A DNA stretch of 64,000 bases from Yuukianura sp. NJ FZ-2021 (Eukaryota), in the NCBI GenBank assembly GCA_046563655.1, contig CM102289.1, forward strand, positions 3,162,001 through 3,226,000, in the 5' to 3' direction. The notes beneath the pieces are model-generated. The model was not told the DNA's origin, did not search any database, and saw only the letters and a list, made by a program, of their open reading frames with translations. Positions 37,172 to 48,970 of the stretch are shown here, one piece after another (positions within the stretch are counted from its first letter, which is position 1; every line of letters begins with the position of its first letter). Position numbers and translations under genes: made by a program.

Positions 37172-40100
37172 TCATCGGTTCAGGGTAGGCTCGAACATTG
37201 AGAGTACTTTTTGATTTAAAATTTGGAGGTTCTTGATAAGTGTGATGTCGTTGTAATGTGAACTGACCCAGACAATTGGGCATTGGGACGGTGGGATGTG
37301 CAAATGAATCCGGTATGTGTTAGTCTGTGGGCAGGTCCATAGAGCGTGGTAGTAAGACAGTTGGTCCCCACAGAAGCTGCAGGACTTTTCTTTGAACTGG
37401 CCGAGATCAAGCCATTTTCGGTTGTGGTAGACCTGGTTCATGTTCAGCCGGATCTGCATGACTGTTCTGGTGAGGTAGGCTGGGAACCGTTTTGAAAGTA
37501 ATTCCTTCGCCGGGAAATCGTTCTCAAGGGTAGAGTAGTGTGGTATGGAACTGGACAGCAATGCACGACTCTTGTCTGATTCACGGTAGAAGTTCGCAAG
37601 GTTCTTGATTATTGTTTTTGTTTTTGCTCTGATGTCATGTAAGTTTCCCCGGTCATAGGCTCCCTCTTCCCCAATTTGAGTAAGGGCAGCTCTAAGCTGT
37701 AGGCACCAACTGTATTTTTGATCAGGGTAGAGTAATGTAACTTTCCTTAGTTGTAGGTATGCGTTTTTTGTGAGGTCAGAGCAAGATTTTGTGTGGAATT
37801 TTGTGAACAGTTGCCAGGCTCTTTTGATTATTTCGAACTCTAAGGGAGGAGACCCTGTCTCTAGCCGTATGAAGTACCGGGGAGTAGTGAACGGTAAGTG
37901 GAAAACTCGTTTGTAATAGTTTTGTTGAACCGTTTCTACGGTGTTAGAATGTAGTAAACCCCAGGTTTCACAATTGTATAAGGTTGTGGATGTTACAAGT
38001 GAGTTGAGTAGCATCTTAACCGTCCACAGGTCAGTGTAGGCAGATTTCTTGAGTAAACCCAAGACTGCTCCTTGTGCTGAAGTTCCTTTATCAACTGCGT
38101 TCCTTGCAGCTTTGTGGAATGTGCCGTTAGATTGGAAGATCACACCAAGGTACTTGTATTCTGCCACTGTTTCTATCCGTGTTCCATTCCAAAAGAACAG
38201 GTCGTCTTTTCGTAATCTTCCCGATCGACGGAAAGGTATTACCTTTGTTTTTGTAAGGTTGACCTGGAGACCTCTGGCTTTGAAGAAGTTCGAGGCGATT
38301 TTGATTTTCTCCTGGAGCAGTTCCTTGGACTGTGCTGTGATTACAAGGTCGTCAGCGTATAGCAGAACATGAATAATACGGGAGCCCAGAGTGTAGCCTT
38401 TGAGTAGTGAATTGGTGAATCTGCTTACTAGGTCTTCAATGAACAAATTGAAGAGGGTGGGACTGGCGGATTCACCTTGGAGCACCCCTTTCATTATTTT
38501 AATTGGATCGGTGAGTCCTTCGCTGGTGTTAACTTGGGTAGTGGCGTTGTCATAAAGGGACTTGAATATTTTTAGAAATTTGGTGGAGACACCCATGTTT
38601 CCCAGGACTTCCCAGAGTAGAGAGTGGTTTGGAGTGTCAAAAGCCTGTGACAAGTCAACGAATGCGACATACAACTCTTTTTGTTTCAACATCTGGCATT
38701 GAACCATACTCGTTAATGTAAATATGTGGTCAGTGCAGGATCTAGATTTTCTGAAGCCAGCTTGGAAGTCTGAAATTTTGTTGTTGACATTTATCCAGTT
38801 GTTGAGTCTCGTGTTCAGTACTTTAGTAAACAGCTTTAGTATCGTATTCATTAGCGATATTGGACGGTAGTTTTGCGGCTGGTCTTTTGGTCCTTTTTTG
38901 TGTAATGGGAGTATTCGAGTATTACACCAATGCGGTGGCAGTATCCCGTTCTGTAGAATATTTTGGAAGAGAGTAACCAGGAAAATTAGAATGTTTGGGG
39001 TGGCTGCTTTCCATAACTCATTTGGGATTTTGTCAGGACCTGTTGCTTTGCGTGTTTTTAACGACTTTGTTGCCATCCTTATCTCGATTGCTGTTACTTC
39101 ACGATCTAGTATTTCATTTTCTACGAATGGAGTATTGAGGAGTTGCTGATTCGGAACGTCACGGGCTTTAAACAGGTCCTGGAAGTGTTGGAACCACGTA
39201 TCCTTCGGGATTTTGTCTTGAGAGGTTGGTTGAGCTGTGAAGTATTTTACCGCCTTCCAGAAGTTTGCCGGGTCTTTGGATGAGTGGAGATGCGACACAA
39301 AATTTGACAGGAACAGGGCTTTCTTGTGAACTAGTTGTTGTTTGTATAGTTTCTGGGCTTCTATGTAGCGTCGTGCACATGCCGCTCTGTTCTCTTCGTT
39401 GCTCCTTCTCAACTTGCGGAGGGCGTTGTTTTTCCTCCATTTCGAGGAGTTTAATTCCGCGTCAAACCATTTAGGCTTTGGTCTTACTGGTTTTGGTTTC
39501 GACTTTGTGTGGTTTCCTGTTTCCTTCGCTGTTTCTAGAACTTTTTGTTGTAGTTGAAGACTTGCTTCGTTTGCATCATTGATGTCATAATTTAGAGAAG
39601 TCTCAAGGAGTTTAAAAAATTCATATTTAGCCATTTTTTCTGTGGGAATTGTAATTTTCTCTTGGGTCAGACCGTTATGTTTCTGCAGTTGGTTCACTGT
39701 TTTCTGAAGTGAGACGAGCAAAGGGAAGTGGTCGGAATGATGCCAGTCTAGTATTTTCAAGTCATTGACGTTGTCCCTCCAGTTCTGGGATGTGAGGACA
39801 AGATCTACCACGCTGCACCCTGCGTTTGCCGGATTTACCATTGTTATTTCTCCTTGTTCATCTCCTGTTATTGCTCCATTACAAATTGTAAGGCTACACT
39901 CGGCAGCAACTGATAGCAAGTTTCTCCCATTTCCGTTTATCAACTTGTCCTTGCTTTTTCTTTTGTACAATGGAGTGGTGTTTCTTTCCCCGGTTCTAGA
40001 ATTTAAGTCTCCCATTAGCAGTACCGGTTTGTTCGTGAATTTCAGAGTTTCAAGTGTATCGGTCACTAGTTTTTGGTTGGATTTGTCCGGAGGAATGTAG

Positions 40101-40420
40101 GCGAATAGCAGGAGAAATTGTGATTGATGATTGCGGACTGTTAGTAGTATGGAGTGCTCCGTCGTCTCTAGCAAAGTGATTTCGGAGTCTATTGAGTTGT
40201 GCCAGCCAAATATGAAGCCCCCGTAAGGGCGACCCCTGTCTTGTTTTTTGGCTAGAATTTGGTGAACTGTATATTCTTGCTGTAGTCTGAGGTTTTTATA
40301 ATTTTCCCATTGCATTGATTCTGATAGGCAGAAAAGAGAAGGTTGGAGGCTCAAGAATTCGTTCCAGAAAGTCGGTCCTAGGTTATTTACACTTTTTGCA
40401 TTCAAATAGAAGATTGTCAT
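37172..40420 (-). CDS. LINE ORF2: AP endonuclease + reverse transcriptase + C-terminal CCHC-like finger (1082 aa)
   Basis: APE motifs (YLNA, LSE, GDLN, SDHFP), RT motifs (YRPISL, QAGFR, AFVDLSQAFD, GVLQG, LYADD, YKYLG) and CSFC..H..C. Confidence 0.95.
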   Translation of the reverse strand: MTIFYLNAKSVNNLGPTFWNEFLSLQPSLFCLSESMQWENYKNLRLQQEYTVHQILAKKQDRGRPYGGFIFGWHNSIDSEITLLETTEHSILLTVRNHQSQFLLLFAYIPPDKSNQKLVTDTLETLKFTNKPVLLMGDLNSRTGERNTTPLYKRKSKDKLINGNGRNLLSVAAECSLTICNGAITGDEQGEITMVNPANAGCSVVDLVLTSQNWRDNVNDLKILDWHHSDHFPLLVSLQKTVNQLQKHNGLTQEKITIPTEKMAKYEFFKLLETSLNYDINDANEASLQLQQKVLETAKETGNHTKSKPKPVRPKPKWFDAELNSSKWRKNNALRKLRRSNEENRAACARRYIEAQKLYKQQLVHKKALFLSNFVSHLHSSKDPANFWKAVKYFTAQPTSQDKIPKDTWFQHFQDLFKARDVPNQQLLNTPFVENEILDREVTAIEIRMATKSLKTRKATGPDKIPNELWKAATPNILIFLVTLFQNILQNGILPPHWCNTRILPLHKKGPKDQPQNYRPISLMNTILKLFTKVLNTRLNNWINVNNKISDFQAGFRKSRSCTDHIFTLTSMVQCQMLKQKELYVAFVDLSQAFDTPNHSLLWEVLGNMGVSTKFLKIFKSLYDNATTQVNTSEGLTDPIKIMKGVLQGESASPTLFNLFIEDLVSRFTNSLLKGYTLGSRIIHVLLYADDLVITAQSKELLQEKIKIASNFFKARGLQVNLTKTKVIPFRRSGRLRKDDLFFWNGTRIETVAEYKYLGVIFQSNGTFHKAARNAVDKGTSAQGAVLGLLKKSAYTDLWTVKMLLNSLVTSTTLYNCETWGLLHSNTVETVQQNYYKRVFHLPFTTPRYFIRLETGSPPLEFEIIKRAWQLFTKFHTKSCSDLTKNAYLQLRKVTLLYPDQKYSWCLQLRAALTQIGEEGAYDRGNLHDIRAKTKTIIKNLANFYRESDKSRALLSSSIPHYSTLENDFPAKELLSKRFPAYLTRTVMQIRLNMNQVYHNRKWLDLGQFKEKSCSFCGDQLSYYHALWTCPQTNTYRIHLHIPPSQCPIVWVSSHYNDITLIKNLQILNQKVLSMFEPTLNR

Positions 40421-40495
40421 GTTGGTTAAAAATGTTTCGCTGCAGGATCCTGTACTTGTTTTGTTTAGTAGGCTATTGATAGGGCGGCCGAGTCC

Positions 40496-40859
40496 TCATT
40501 TTGGGGTAGGGAATGAGCTTCGAGTGGCCGAAGCAAAGGTTCTGGGAATAGTCGGATTTGATGTTCCTGGTGCTAGAGTTCGGGATTCATAAGCCCGTTG
40601 TCTTAATTCGCGATTTTTTTGTCTTTCAAGTCTGGTTTCCGCAGTAAGGTCTTCGGTAATGGAGTAAATGTCTTTGTTTTGTATGAACGTCTTCCGAAGC
40701 TGTAGAGCTCGCATGCGTTGGGCAAATGTAGAAATTCGAACTTTAATTGGGCGGGGCTTATCAGACGACGGGTTCAATTTTCCAATTCTGAATGCATCTT
40801 CTACGTTGACCGGAACGTTGTAGTGGTTAAAAAAGTCGTTGGTGATGTTCATCGTGTTT
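40496..40859 (-). CDS. C-terminal part of LINE ORF1 (5'-truncated)
   Basis: RIGK...KPRPIKVR...ITEDLT is typical of LINE ORF1 C-terminal regions. It lies directly upstream of ORF2 and is cut by the TSD. Confidence 0.75.
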
Positions 40860-42682
40860 TTGAGTAATTTTATGATTTGAACAAAGTCTTTATTTCATTT
40901 TGTAATAATCATTTTACTAACGTAATAAGGTTTGGTAACATTCAGAGAATTTTTTTGAATGCTTGTTGCAGAACGGAAATTGCAAATTGTAACAGATGAT
41001 ACGCTGAAAACGGAAACACGCGGAAAGTTGTACGCAGGCGCCATTCTCTTTATGTTGTCATGCTTATCAATTTCAACATTGCAAATTGCTGCAATCAACT
41101 TTACGCTATTTCCCACTTGGTGGAGTCGCATCATGTACGTTACAGCAATATCGTTTTCCACAACCGTTTTCCTGTGCGACATGGCGGTCTTAACGGCAAT
41201 ATTTAATACCGTCCATGATGATAATCAGATTTGGGCTACAAAAAGCGTGGTAAGTTTGAAAACACGTAAGAAAAAATTGTTTATGGATATTTTGGTATGG
41301 ATTTTATGAAGTGCTAAAATATTGTTTTGTATAGCGCTGAAGGACCAAAAACTTTGGAAGAATCGCAAATTTGCTTTGACCTTTACCGATCCATGCAACT
41401 TCTCAACCAACTACATAACACTGTATTCGGTACAGTGTTGATCCCTATCTTTAAAATGCTACTCATTATCTGCCTATGTTCAGTTACTTACTTCCTCGTG
41501 CGGTTGCGCACAACTTTGCACATCATCGTCTACGTTATTTTTGTGCTATACGCTATTTGCTTGGTTGTTGTCCTTGTGCCAGCAGCACTCCTTATGTCGA
41601 ATGTATTCAACATTTCGTCCACATTTCATAGCAACATGGTAGAAAGCACGCCAGAAGTTGGAAATGATGGCAAACAAACACAGATTGTGCTGCGATCAAT
41701 TCCAGTTCTAAAATGTACCATTGGCGACTTCTATCACATGGAATCGGTTAGTTTGATCCTATTTGTGGTGTTCAATAGTGATTTGTAGCCAATTTTTTAA
41801 ACAAGCGGATTTAATTTTTACAGGAAGCTAAGTTAACCCTGCTGGATACCGTGGCTCGTGGAATTGCTTTTGTTCTTTTGTCAACCAATTACTGAAGGAA
41901 CGATTGCTCTGATTCAGTAGGTCTATGAAGATGTGGCTTCATGTTAGACTTGTTAGATTGATTTTTAGTAAATTACGAAAAACGGTTCTGGAAATTGTAG
42001 AAAATAAGTGAACTGATAATGAAAATAAACTTGATATTTAACATTATTATAATAATATATATTTCTTTGCATTTGTTTTACATTTTTCTCATTTTATGAA
42101 AAGGAGAAAACTTGCTTTTCTTGTGGTTGCGAATTCAAATTGCAATTTTTTTTTCGAATAAAAAGTAAGACCTCGATTAAAACAATCCTTAAATTGGAGG
42201 GTGTTACATTTTATTGTGGGTGCAGCTTTTAAATCCTCTTTACAGTTTTCACACATCCGTATTCAACTGAAGTTCTCAGCGTGCTTTACTTGAGGTTTTC
42301 CGAAACTAAATTTTAAACGTTAAGTGAAAGCTGTTTCCATCTTTTTTATAAAATAAATTCAGAGATTATTAGAATTTTAAGTAATTTTAGATTCAATTTA
42401 AGGTATTTTCCAGCAACTTTATTTTAATTTTCATTTAATATAATTTGTTAGTCATAATATAGTTAAGCTGAAATCAGACTTCCGTTAAGGTGATTTTTGA
42501 GTTGGAGTTGAGTTCTCTCGTTCTTGAAGGATCTCAGGCAACTTGCCGTAGGATGTCGCTAATGAAGAAAGTTGTGCAAGTCATCACTCCCAATCCCAAT
42601 TTGTCCATTGTTTGAGCTTGTTCTTGAAGTTAAAGCTTAGACAAATTTCAAAGCAACATTGAAATTTTTGAAAACCAGAGCA

Positions 42683-43095
42683 ATGGAAACAATAAGTAGA
42701 GCCACTGTCGTTGAAAAAGAAAATGAGAATCTCATTTCTCGCACGCAAGCAAAAAAAACCTGCGAAATTGAAAATTCGACAAATGAAGACAAATAGCACT
42801 TCATAAAATATGATGTGGCGGACAATGTTTTTGTATACGCTTTTAAAATACGCTAAATTCAGCAGTTATAAAAAGTATTTTAATGTCTGCCTTGCGCACC
42901 ATTTTAATTGCAATTCTGCTCGTTTTTGTAGGGTTTGGAATCACCGCAGGGTGTCGTAGCTATTGTTTGCGTAGTTTGTCGTAGTTTGCGTTCTTTTTAT
43001 TTCCACGGCCTGTATTGTTGGTTGGGCAGAATCCGTGGAATCTGCGTGGAATTTTGCCGCCTGCTACAATTTTGTGTCAGCATTGCACCCAACAG
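42683..43095 (+). pseudogene. Acyl-CoA desaturase remnant 1
   Basis: METISRATVVEKENENLISR start. Pieces match exon 2 (gggtttggaatcaccgcagggtgtc) and exon 3 (gtttgcgttctttttat..tacaattttgtgtcagc) of the 57320 gene, with deletions. Confidence 0.85.
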
Positions 43096-44038
43096 TCACT
43101 ACGCATATACTTAATCATAGTAATTTTTTGAAAACTGAGTTTGTTAATTATTTTGAAATTAGTCATGCCAAGCTACGCCTTTTTTGCACAAAAGAATCTT
43201 TGTGTCAGTCTACTTCGAAATAATTTGTTGCCAATCTGCACAAAATACCCCAAAAGTAATAACTGTCGGGGACGCCTAACAAAACTGATGGAATGCCCTG
43301 TAGAATGCAAAATCCAAAGCTAAGCAATGAAACTTCAAGGTACAGAATTTTTAATTTTAACATTTTGCTCGTAGAATTGGATAAATTGTTAAAATTAATA
43401 TTCTTCTGCAGAAAAGTAAAATTTGATCAAATTCAAGTTTTCCTGAAGGTGCTTAAGAAGGCTTCCAAAAAAAACGTATTCTGTGTTCAGGTTTCAATGG
43501 ATTTATAGTCTTTTCATTTATAATTTTAAATGCAAAATAGTATGCAATTATGACATTAAAGTGCACACAAAATGTCCACAATCATAGATAATTATTAGTT
43601 TGACCTTTGACCGGATGGTCTTAATAATACTTTCCCAAGTCAAGTTTTCAAGTAGTTACCTCATATTCTACTTATTGCCTTACCAGGCCATTGGCATATC
43701 ACTCTCACAAAATCAGGTAATTTGGCTTTGAATTTGGATTTCAATTTGAGAATTTTCAATTTTACATTGATTTTACATGTCCGTTCATGCAAAGTTGGAA
43801 TAATTTCAAACTCACAGTCTATTTAGTGCTTAAAATTTATGAACAGTCAGGGGAATTAAATATCATTAAGTAGGTTTACCGTTGAATGTTACAATTAAGG
43901 GTTAGGTCAAGACGATTTTCGTTTGCGATAATTTTTGGAATAAAAAGACAACCGCACGGCTCATTGAGCATGATCTGAAGGCATCTTTTTGCTAAAACCT
44001 AGAAGAATTCTCACGTCTGAACAGCGATATTGTCAAAA

Positions 44039-45431
44039 ATGCTAACTAACTTTGAGCTGAACAATTTGAGAAAATTTTTAGCCGCTGCTACAAAATTCAA
44101 CTTAATTGAAGTTGAATACAGCCATGATCTGGATAAGCTTGGAGTTGTTAAATGCGGTAGGCTGCGTTCTTGTATTGGAACAATTGGTTTATTTTGTCAT
44201 TGTGCAACCATTGCTCTTTGTCTACTCCGAAGTGCCACGGCGAGTTCTACTACTCTAAAAGCTGTAGCAGCGTTTTTCGGTTTGGCGATCTTACCGGCGG
44301 TTGGATATCGCATTCCAATGTTGTTAAATAGCAACGAAGTTGCTCATCTTGGGAACAACATTTTGGTGATCAATGACGTCTTAAGTAATTTTATAACGAA
44401 ACGTTCATTTTGTGTTGTAATGACATTTTACTTACACTTTGTTTTTGATGCTGGACGTGTTACGATGATTTTTTTTAATATTTGTTGTAGAACGGAAGTT
44501 GCAAGTTGTAACAGATGCGCCTAAAACAGAAACTCGCGGAAGGTTTTCCGCAGGCATCACTATCTTTATGTTGATATGCTTATGTTCTGCGGCACTTCAA
44601 ATTGTTGCCGTCAACTTTGCGATGTTTCCTAATTGGTGGACAACGATGATGTGCGTTGCAGTAATAACGTTTTCCACCGCAGTTTTCCTGTGCGATATGG
44701 CTGTCTTAACAGCACTATTTGTACCGTCCATTTTGATAAGTAGATTTGGGCTACAAAAGGCGTGGTAAGTTATTTGAAAACACCCATAACAAAAAGAAAG
44801 TATTCACAAAACACTTTTTTGAATGGTTTGGATGGCATGAGTTGGTAAAATTGTCTTTTGTATAGCGCGGAAGGAGCTAGAAGTTTGGAGGAATCGCAAA
44901 TTTGCATTCACCTTTACCGCTCCATGCAACTGCTCAACCAACTACATAACACTGTATTTGGCACAGCGTTCATCCCTTTATTTAAAGTGGCACTCATTAC
45001 CTGCATATGTTTGGCTACTTACTGTCTCGTACGGCTGCGCACATCACTGCACATCATCGTCTACATTATTTTTGCCTTGTATATTTTCTGTATGGTTTGT
45101 ATTCTTTTGCCAGCAGCACTCGTTATGTCGGGTGTATTCAACATTTCGTCCAAATTTCATCGCAACATGGCAGAAGGCATGTCAGGAGCTGAGAGTGGAT
45201 ACAGACAAATGCAGATGGTGCTACGAGCAATTCCTGTTCTCAAATGTACCATCGGTGACTTCTACCACATGGAATCGGTTAGTTTAGTTATAGCTTGTGG
45301 TATTCAATAACGATTTGTAGCCAATTATTTTAAACTAACGCATTGAATTTTTACAGGAAGCTAAGCTAACTCTGCTGGATAGCTTGGCTCGTGGAATTGC
45401 ATTTTGTCTTTTGTCAACAAAAGATTATTGA
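44039..45431 (+). CDS. Gustatory-receptor-like multipass membrane protein, copy 2, intact, 368 aa (exons 44039-44384, 44491-44764, 44866-45277, 45357-45431)
   Basis: Several hydrophobic helices, YRSMQLLNQLHN, and a C-terminal IGDFYHMES|EAKLTLLDSLARGIAFCLLS with a phase-0 last intron. Size and layout resemble the arthropod GR/7TM chemoreceptor superfamily. The family call is inference. Confidence 0.7.
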
Positions 45432-46457
45432 ACCAACGTTTGTTCTGGCCAATGGGTACTTATACACAACTGTATCACATGTAAACGGGCACGTATTACA
45501 TCTACAGATGTAGCTTTTTATATTAGACTTGTTAGATTGAGTTTTAGTAAATCGTCAAAAACGGTTTCCACATTTGTAGAAAATATCAACCAAGCCAGTT
45601 GTATATTTTAAAACCTCCTTTTAGTCCTTATATTATAACACCTTGCCTTTTAGTAAATTTATTCTTAATTACATTTTTAGTATTCTTCGTTGTGTAATTC
45701 ACGCGACATGACAGCATTTAATCCGAAACGAAAAACTCCTTTGATGTAGTCAGTATAGTTTTAGCTGTGTAATATGTTAGGCTAATCGCTAATTTCAGAC
45801 CTATTATGTTCAAATAAGTATTTCCGTTTGCACACTGCTTATATTAGAAACGCCACAATTAGAGGAAATTGATTTTTACCATTTCTTTACCATTCCTTTA
45901 CGAATAGAAGGAATTTGCTTTTTCTTATGTTTTTGTTTTTTTTTGCAGTTAGTTTTTACTTAAAAGATTTTAAGTTGCAGTTATTTTGCTTTTTTGAAAC
46001 AATAAGTACTTTAAGGTTTCGTTTAGAATAAATACTTAAAATGCGGAAAGGTTTCATGTTATAGTGTTTCAGTATTCAAATCCTCTTTCACCGTTTTCAC
46101 ACTTCCGCTTTGAAATGGAGTTCTCACACTAGTTTATCAGAGTTTTTCGAAATCCACAATAAATTCCAAACGCTGATTGAAAGCTGTTTCATTTTTTTTC
46201 TAAAATAAATTCAGAAAAGGACTTGACTAATTTTAGATTTATTTTAAAGTATTCTCTGGCAACTTTGTGATATTTTTCTTAAGGCAAAAGGACTGATTTC
46301 GTAATTAATTTGCTAAAATCGGGCTTCCGTAAAGGTGATAAATTTTGTGTTCGACTTAAAGTTAGTTCTCACGTTCTGAAGGGTTCCCAGGCGAAGCGCC
46401 TTAGGAAGTCGATGTTTTTGAACTTCGACAATTTTGAAATTTTCAAAAACCAAAGAA

Positions 46458-46755
46458 ATGGAAAAAATAAGTAGAGCCACAGCTGTTGAACAAGAAAATC
46501 AGAATCTCATTTCTCGCACGAAAGCACAAATACCCCAGGAAATTCAAAATTCGACCAACGACGAAATTCCACTGATCGATCGAACCTTTCCCGTTGAAAT
46601 ATTTTGGACGAACGTTGTACTCTGCATAACACTTCATATTTCGGCGGTGTATGGTTTGTAGCTTATTCCCGCTTCTGTGTTACTGGATGGGGAGAATCTG
46701 GGTGGTATTTTGTCGCTTGTTAAAATTTTCCGTGTCAGCATGGCACCTAACATTC
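46458..46755 (+). pseudogene. Acyl-CoA desaturase remnant 2
   Basis: MEKISRATAVEQENQNLISRTK...IFWTNVVLCITLHISAVYG (exon 1), followed by a stop and fused to exon 3 sequence (ggatggggagaatctg). Confidence 0.88.
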
Positions 46756-48970
46756 ATTACGTATATATTTATGTCATAGTAATTTTTGGAAAATTGTGCT
46801 AATTAATTATTCCGAAATTAGTTATGCCAAGCTACACCTTTCTTACACAAAAAAAAATCTTTGTCTCTGTCTTCTTCGAAATAATCTGCTGCTGCCTATC
46901 TGCACAAAATTCCCCAACGGTTATAACTTTTGGTGTCTTAAAAGCCGATGGAATGAACGGTAGAACGCAAACCGCAAGGCTAAGCAACAAAATTTTAAGT
47001 TACCAAGTACAGGATTCATAACTTTGAACATTTTGTTCGTAGGAATTGGACAAATTGTTAAATTTAATATTCATTTTTTATTAAGAAAAAGAACTTGATA
47101 ATATTCAACTTTTCCTTAAGATGCTTAAGTAGGTTTTTCAAAAAAAAATATTTCCTGTTCAGGTTTCAATTGATTTATAGTCCCTTCATTTAAAATTTTA
47201 AATGACAATATAGTATGCAATTACGCCATTAAAGTGCGCACATGGAATGTTCAATCTCAGAGATAATTACTAGTTTGACCTTTGACCGGATGGTCTTAAT
47301 AATACTTTTCCAAGTCGTGTTTTCAAGTGGTTACCTCATAAGTTACGACTTGTTTTACAAAGCGAATGGAGTATCACTCTCACAAAATCAGGTAATTTTG
47401 TTTTGAGTTTGGATTTCAATTTTAGAATGTTCAATTTTACATTGATTTTACATGTCCGTCCATGCAAAGTTGGAATAATTTCAAATTCTCAACCTATTTA
47501 GAGCTTCCAATTTATGAGAAGTTGGGGAATTAAATATAATTAAGTAGGATTACCGTTGAATTTTACAATTAAGGGTTAGGTTAGGACGATTTTCGGTTGT
47601 TATAATTTTTAGAATAAAAAGGCAAACGCACGGCGTACTCTGCACGATTTGAAGGCGTTTTTTGCTATAACCTAGAAGAATTCTCACTTCGGAACACTGA
47701 CATTGTCCAAAATGCTGACTAACTTTGAACTGAACAATTTGAGAAAATTTTTAGTCGCTGCTACAAAGTTGAATCTAATTGAAACCGAGTACAACCAAGA
47801 GCTTGATAAAATCATAGTCGTTAAAGCTGGTAGACTGCGTTCTTGTATTGGAACAATTGCGTTAGTTTGTCATTGTGCAAACATGGCTCTTTGTGTGCTT
47901 CGAAGTGCCACGGCGAGTTCTATTACTGTAAAAGCTGTAGCAGCGTTTTTCAGTTTGTCGCTCTTGCCGGCTCTTGGGTATCGCATTCCAATGTTGTTAA
48001 ATACCAACGAAGTTGCTCATCTTGGGAACAACATTTTGGTGATCAATGATGTCTTGAGTAATTTTATAACAAAATCTTTATTTTGTGTTGTAATGACAAT
48101 TTACTAACGTTTTGCGCATACGTTGAATTTTCTTTTTAATATTTGTTGTAGAACGGAAGTTGCAAATTGTAACAGATTCTGCGCGTAAAGCAGAAACTCG
48201 CGGAAGATTGTCGGCAGGCATCACTCTCTTTATGTTGATATGCGTATTTTCTTCGGCATTTCAAATTGTTGCCATCAACTTTGCGCTATTCCCTACTTGG
48301 TGGGCATTTATGATGTACGTTACAGCAATAACGTTTTCCTACGCAGTTTTCCTCTGCGACTTGGCTGTCTTAACGGCAATATTTGTACCGTCCATTTTGA
48401 TAATACGATTTGGGTTACAAAAAGCGTGGTAACCTAATACTAAAAAACACACATAAAAAAAATGCTTTTTTGAATGGTACGGATTTTATGAAGTGGTAAA
48501 ATTTTGTTTTGTATAGCAGCGCTGAAGGACCAAGAAGCTTGGAGGAATCGCAAAATTGCGTTCGCCTTTACCGGTCCATGTAACTTCTGAACCAACTACA
48601 TAACACTGTTTTCGGCACAGCGTTGATCCCTTTGTTTAAAATGGGACTCATTACCTGCATATGTTTGGCTACTTAGGGTCGTATGCTTAATACCAAAGTA
48701 AGCGTAACCTTACCTTGACTCACAGGTCAAAGTAAGGTTTTCATATGTTTAATGCAGTTTTCAAATTACTTTGACCAATGGTTCAACCCGTGGTCAACTC
48801 AACTTTACCCTCGAGTAAAAGTTAGGATTTCATATGTTTAATCGAAAATGTGACACTTGGTAAGCTGAGTGAACCGTAACCCGAGGTCAAAAATCTAACC
48901 CTGGTCAGGGGGTAGGGTTAGCGATCAGTTTTTTCCGAAATTTTAGAAATTTTACTTTTAAAAAAAAATA

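Larger units (their letters stand above)
36956..40859 (-). mobile_element. Non-LTR retrotransposon (LINE), 5'-truncated within ORF1
   Basis: TSD of ~14 bp, TTGAGTAATTTTAT, at 36942-36955 and 40860-40873. The 3' end on the minus strand is AATAAA followed by a (TTGA)n tail. ORF2 is intact. Confidence 0.95.
36603..41895 (+). pseudogene. Gustatory-receptor-like multipass membrane gene, copy 1 (exons 36603-36945, 40972-41249, 41335-41746, 41824-41895); LINE in intron 1 and a +1 frameshift near 41205
   Basis: Paralog of copies 2 and 4. TTTAATACC here versus TTTGTACC in the paralogs shifts the frame of exon 2. Confidence 0.7.

Noticed and set aside
25357..40100. Plus-strand ORFs antisense to the synthase, gag and LINE ORF2
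   Set aside because: Shadow ORFs of real coding sequence on the opposite strand, with no independent motifs.
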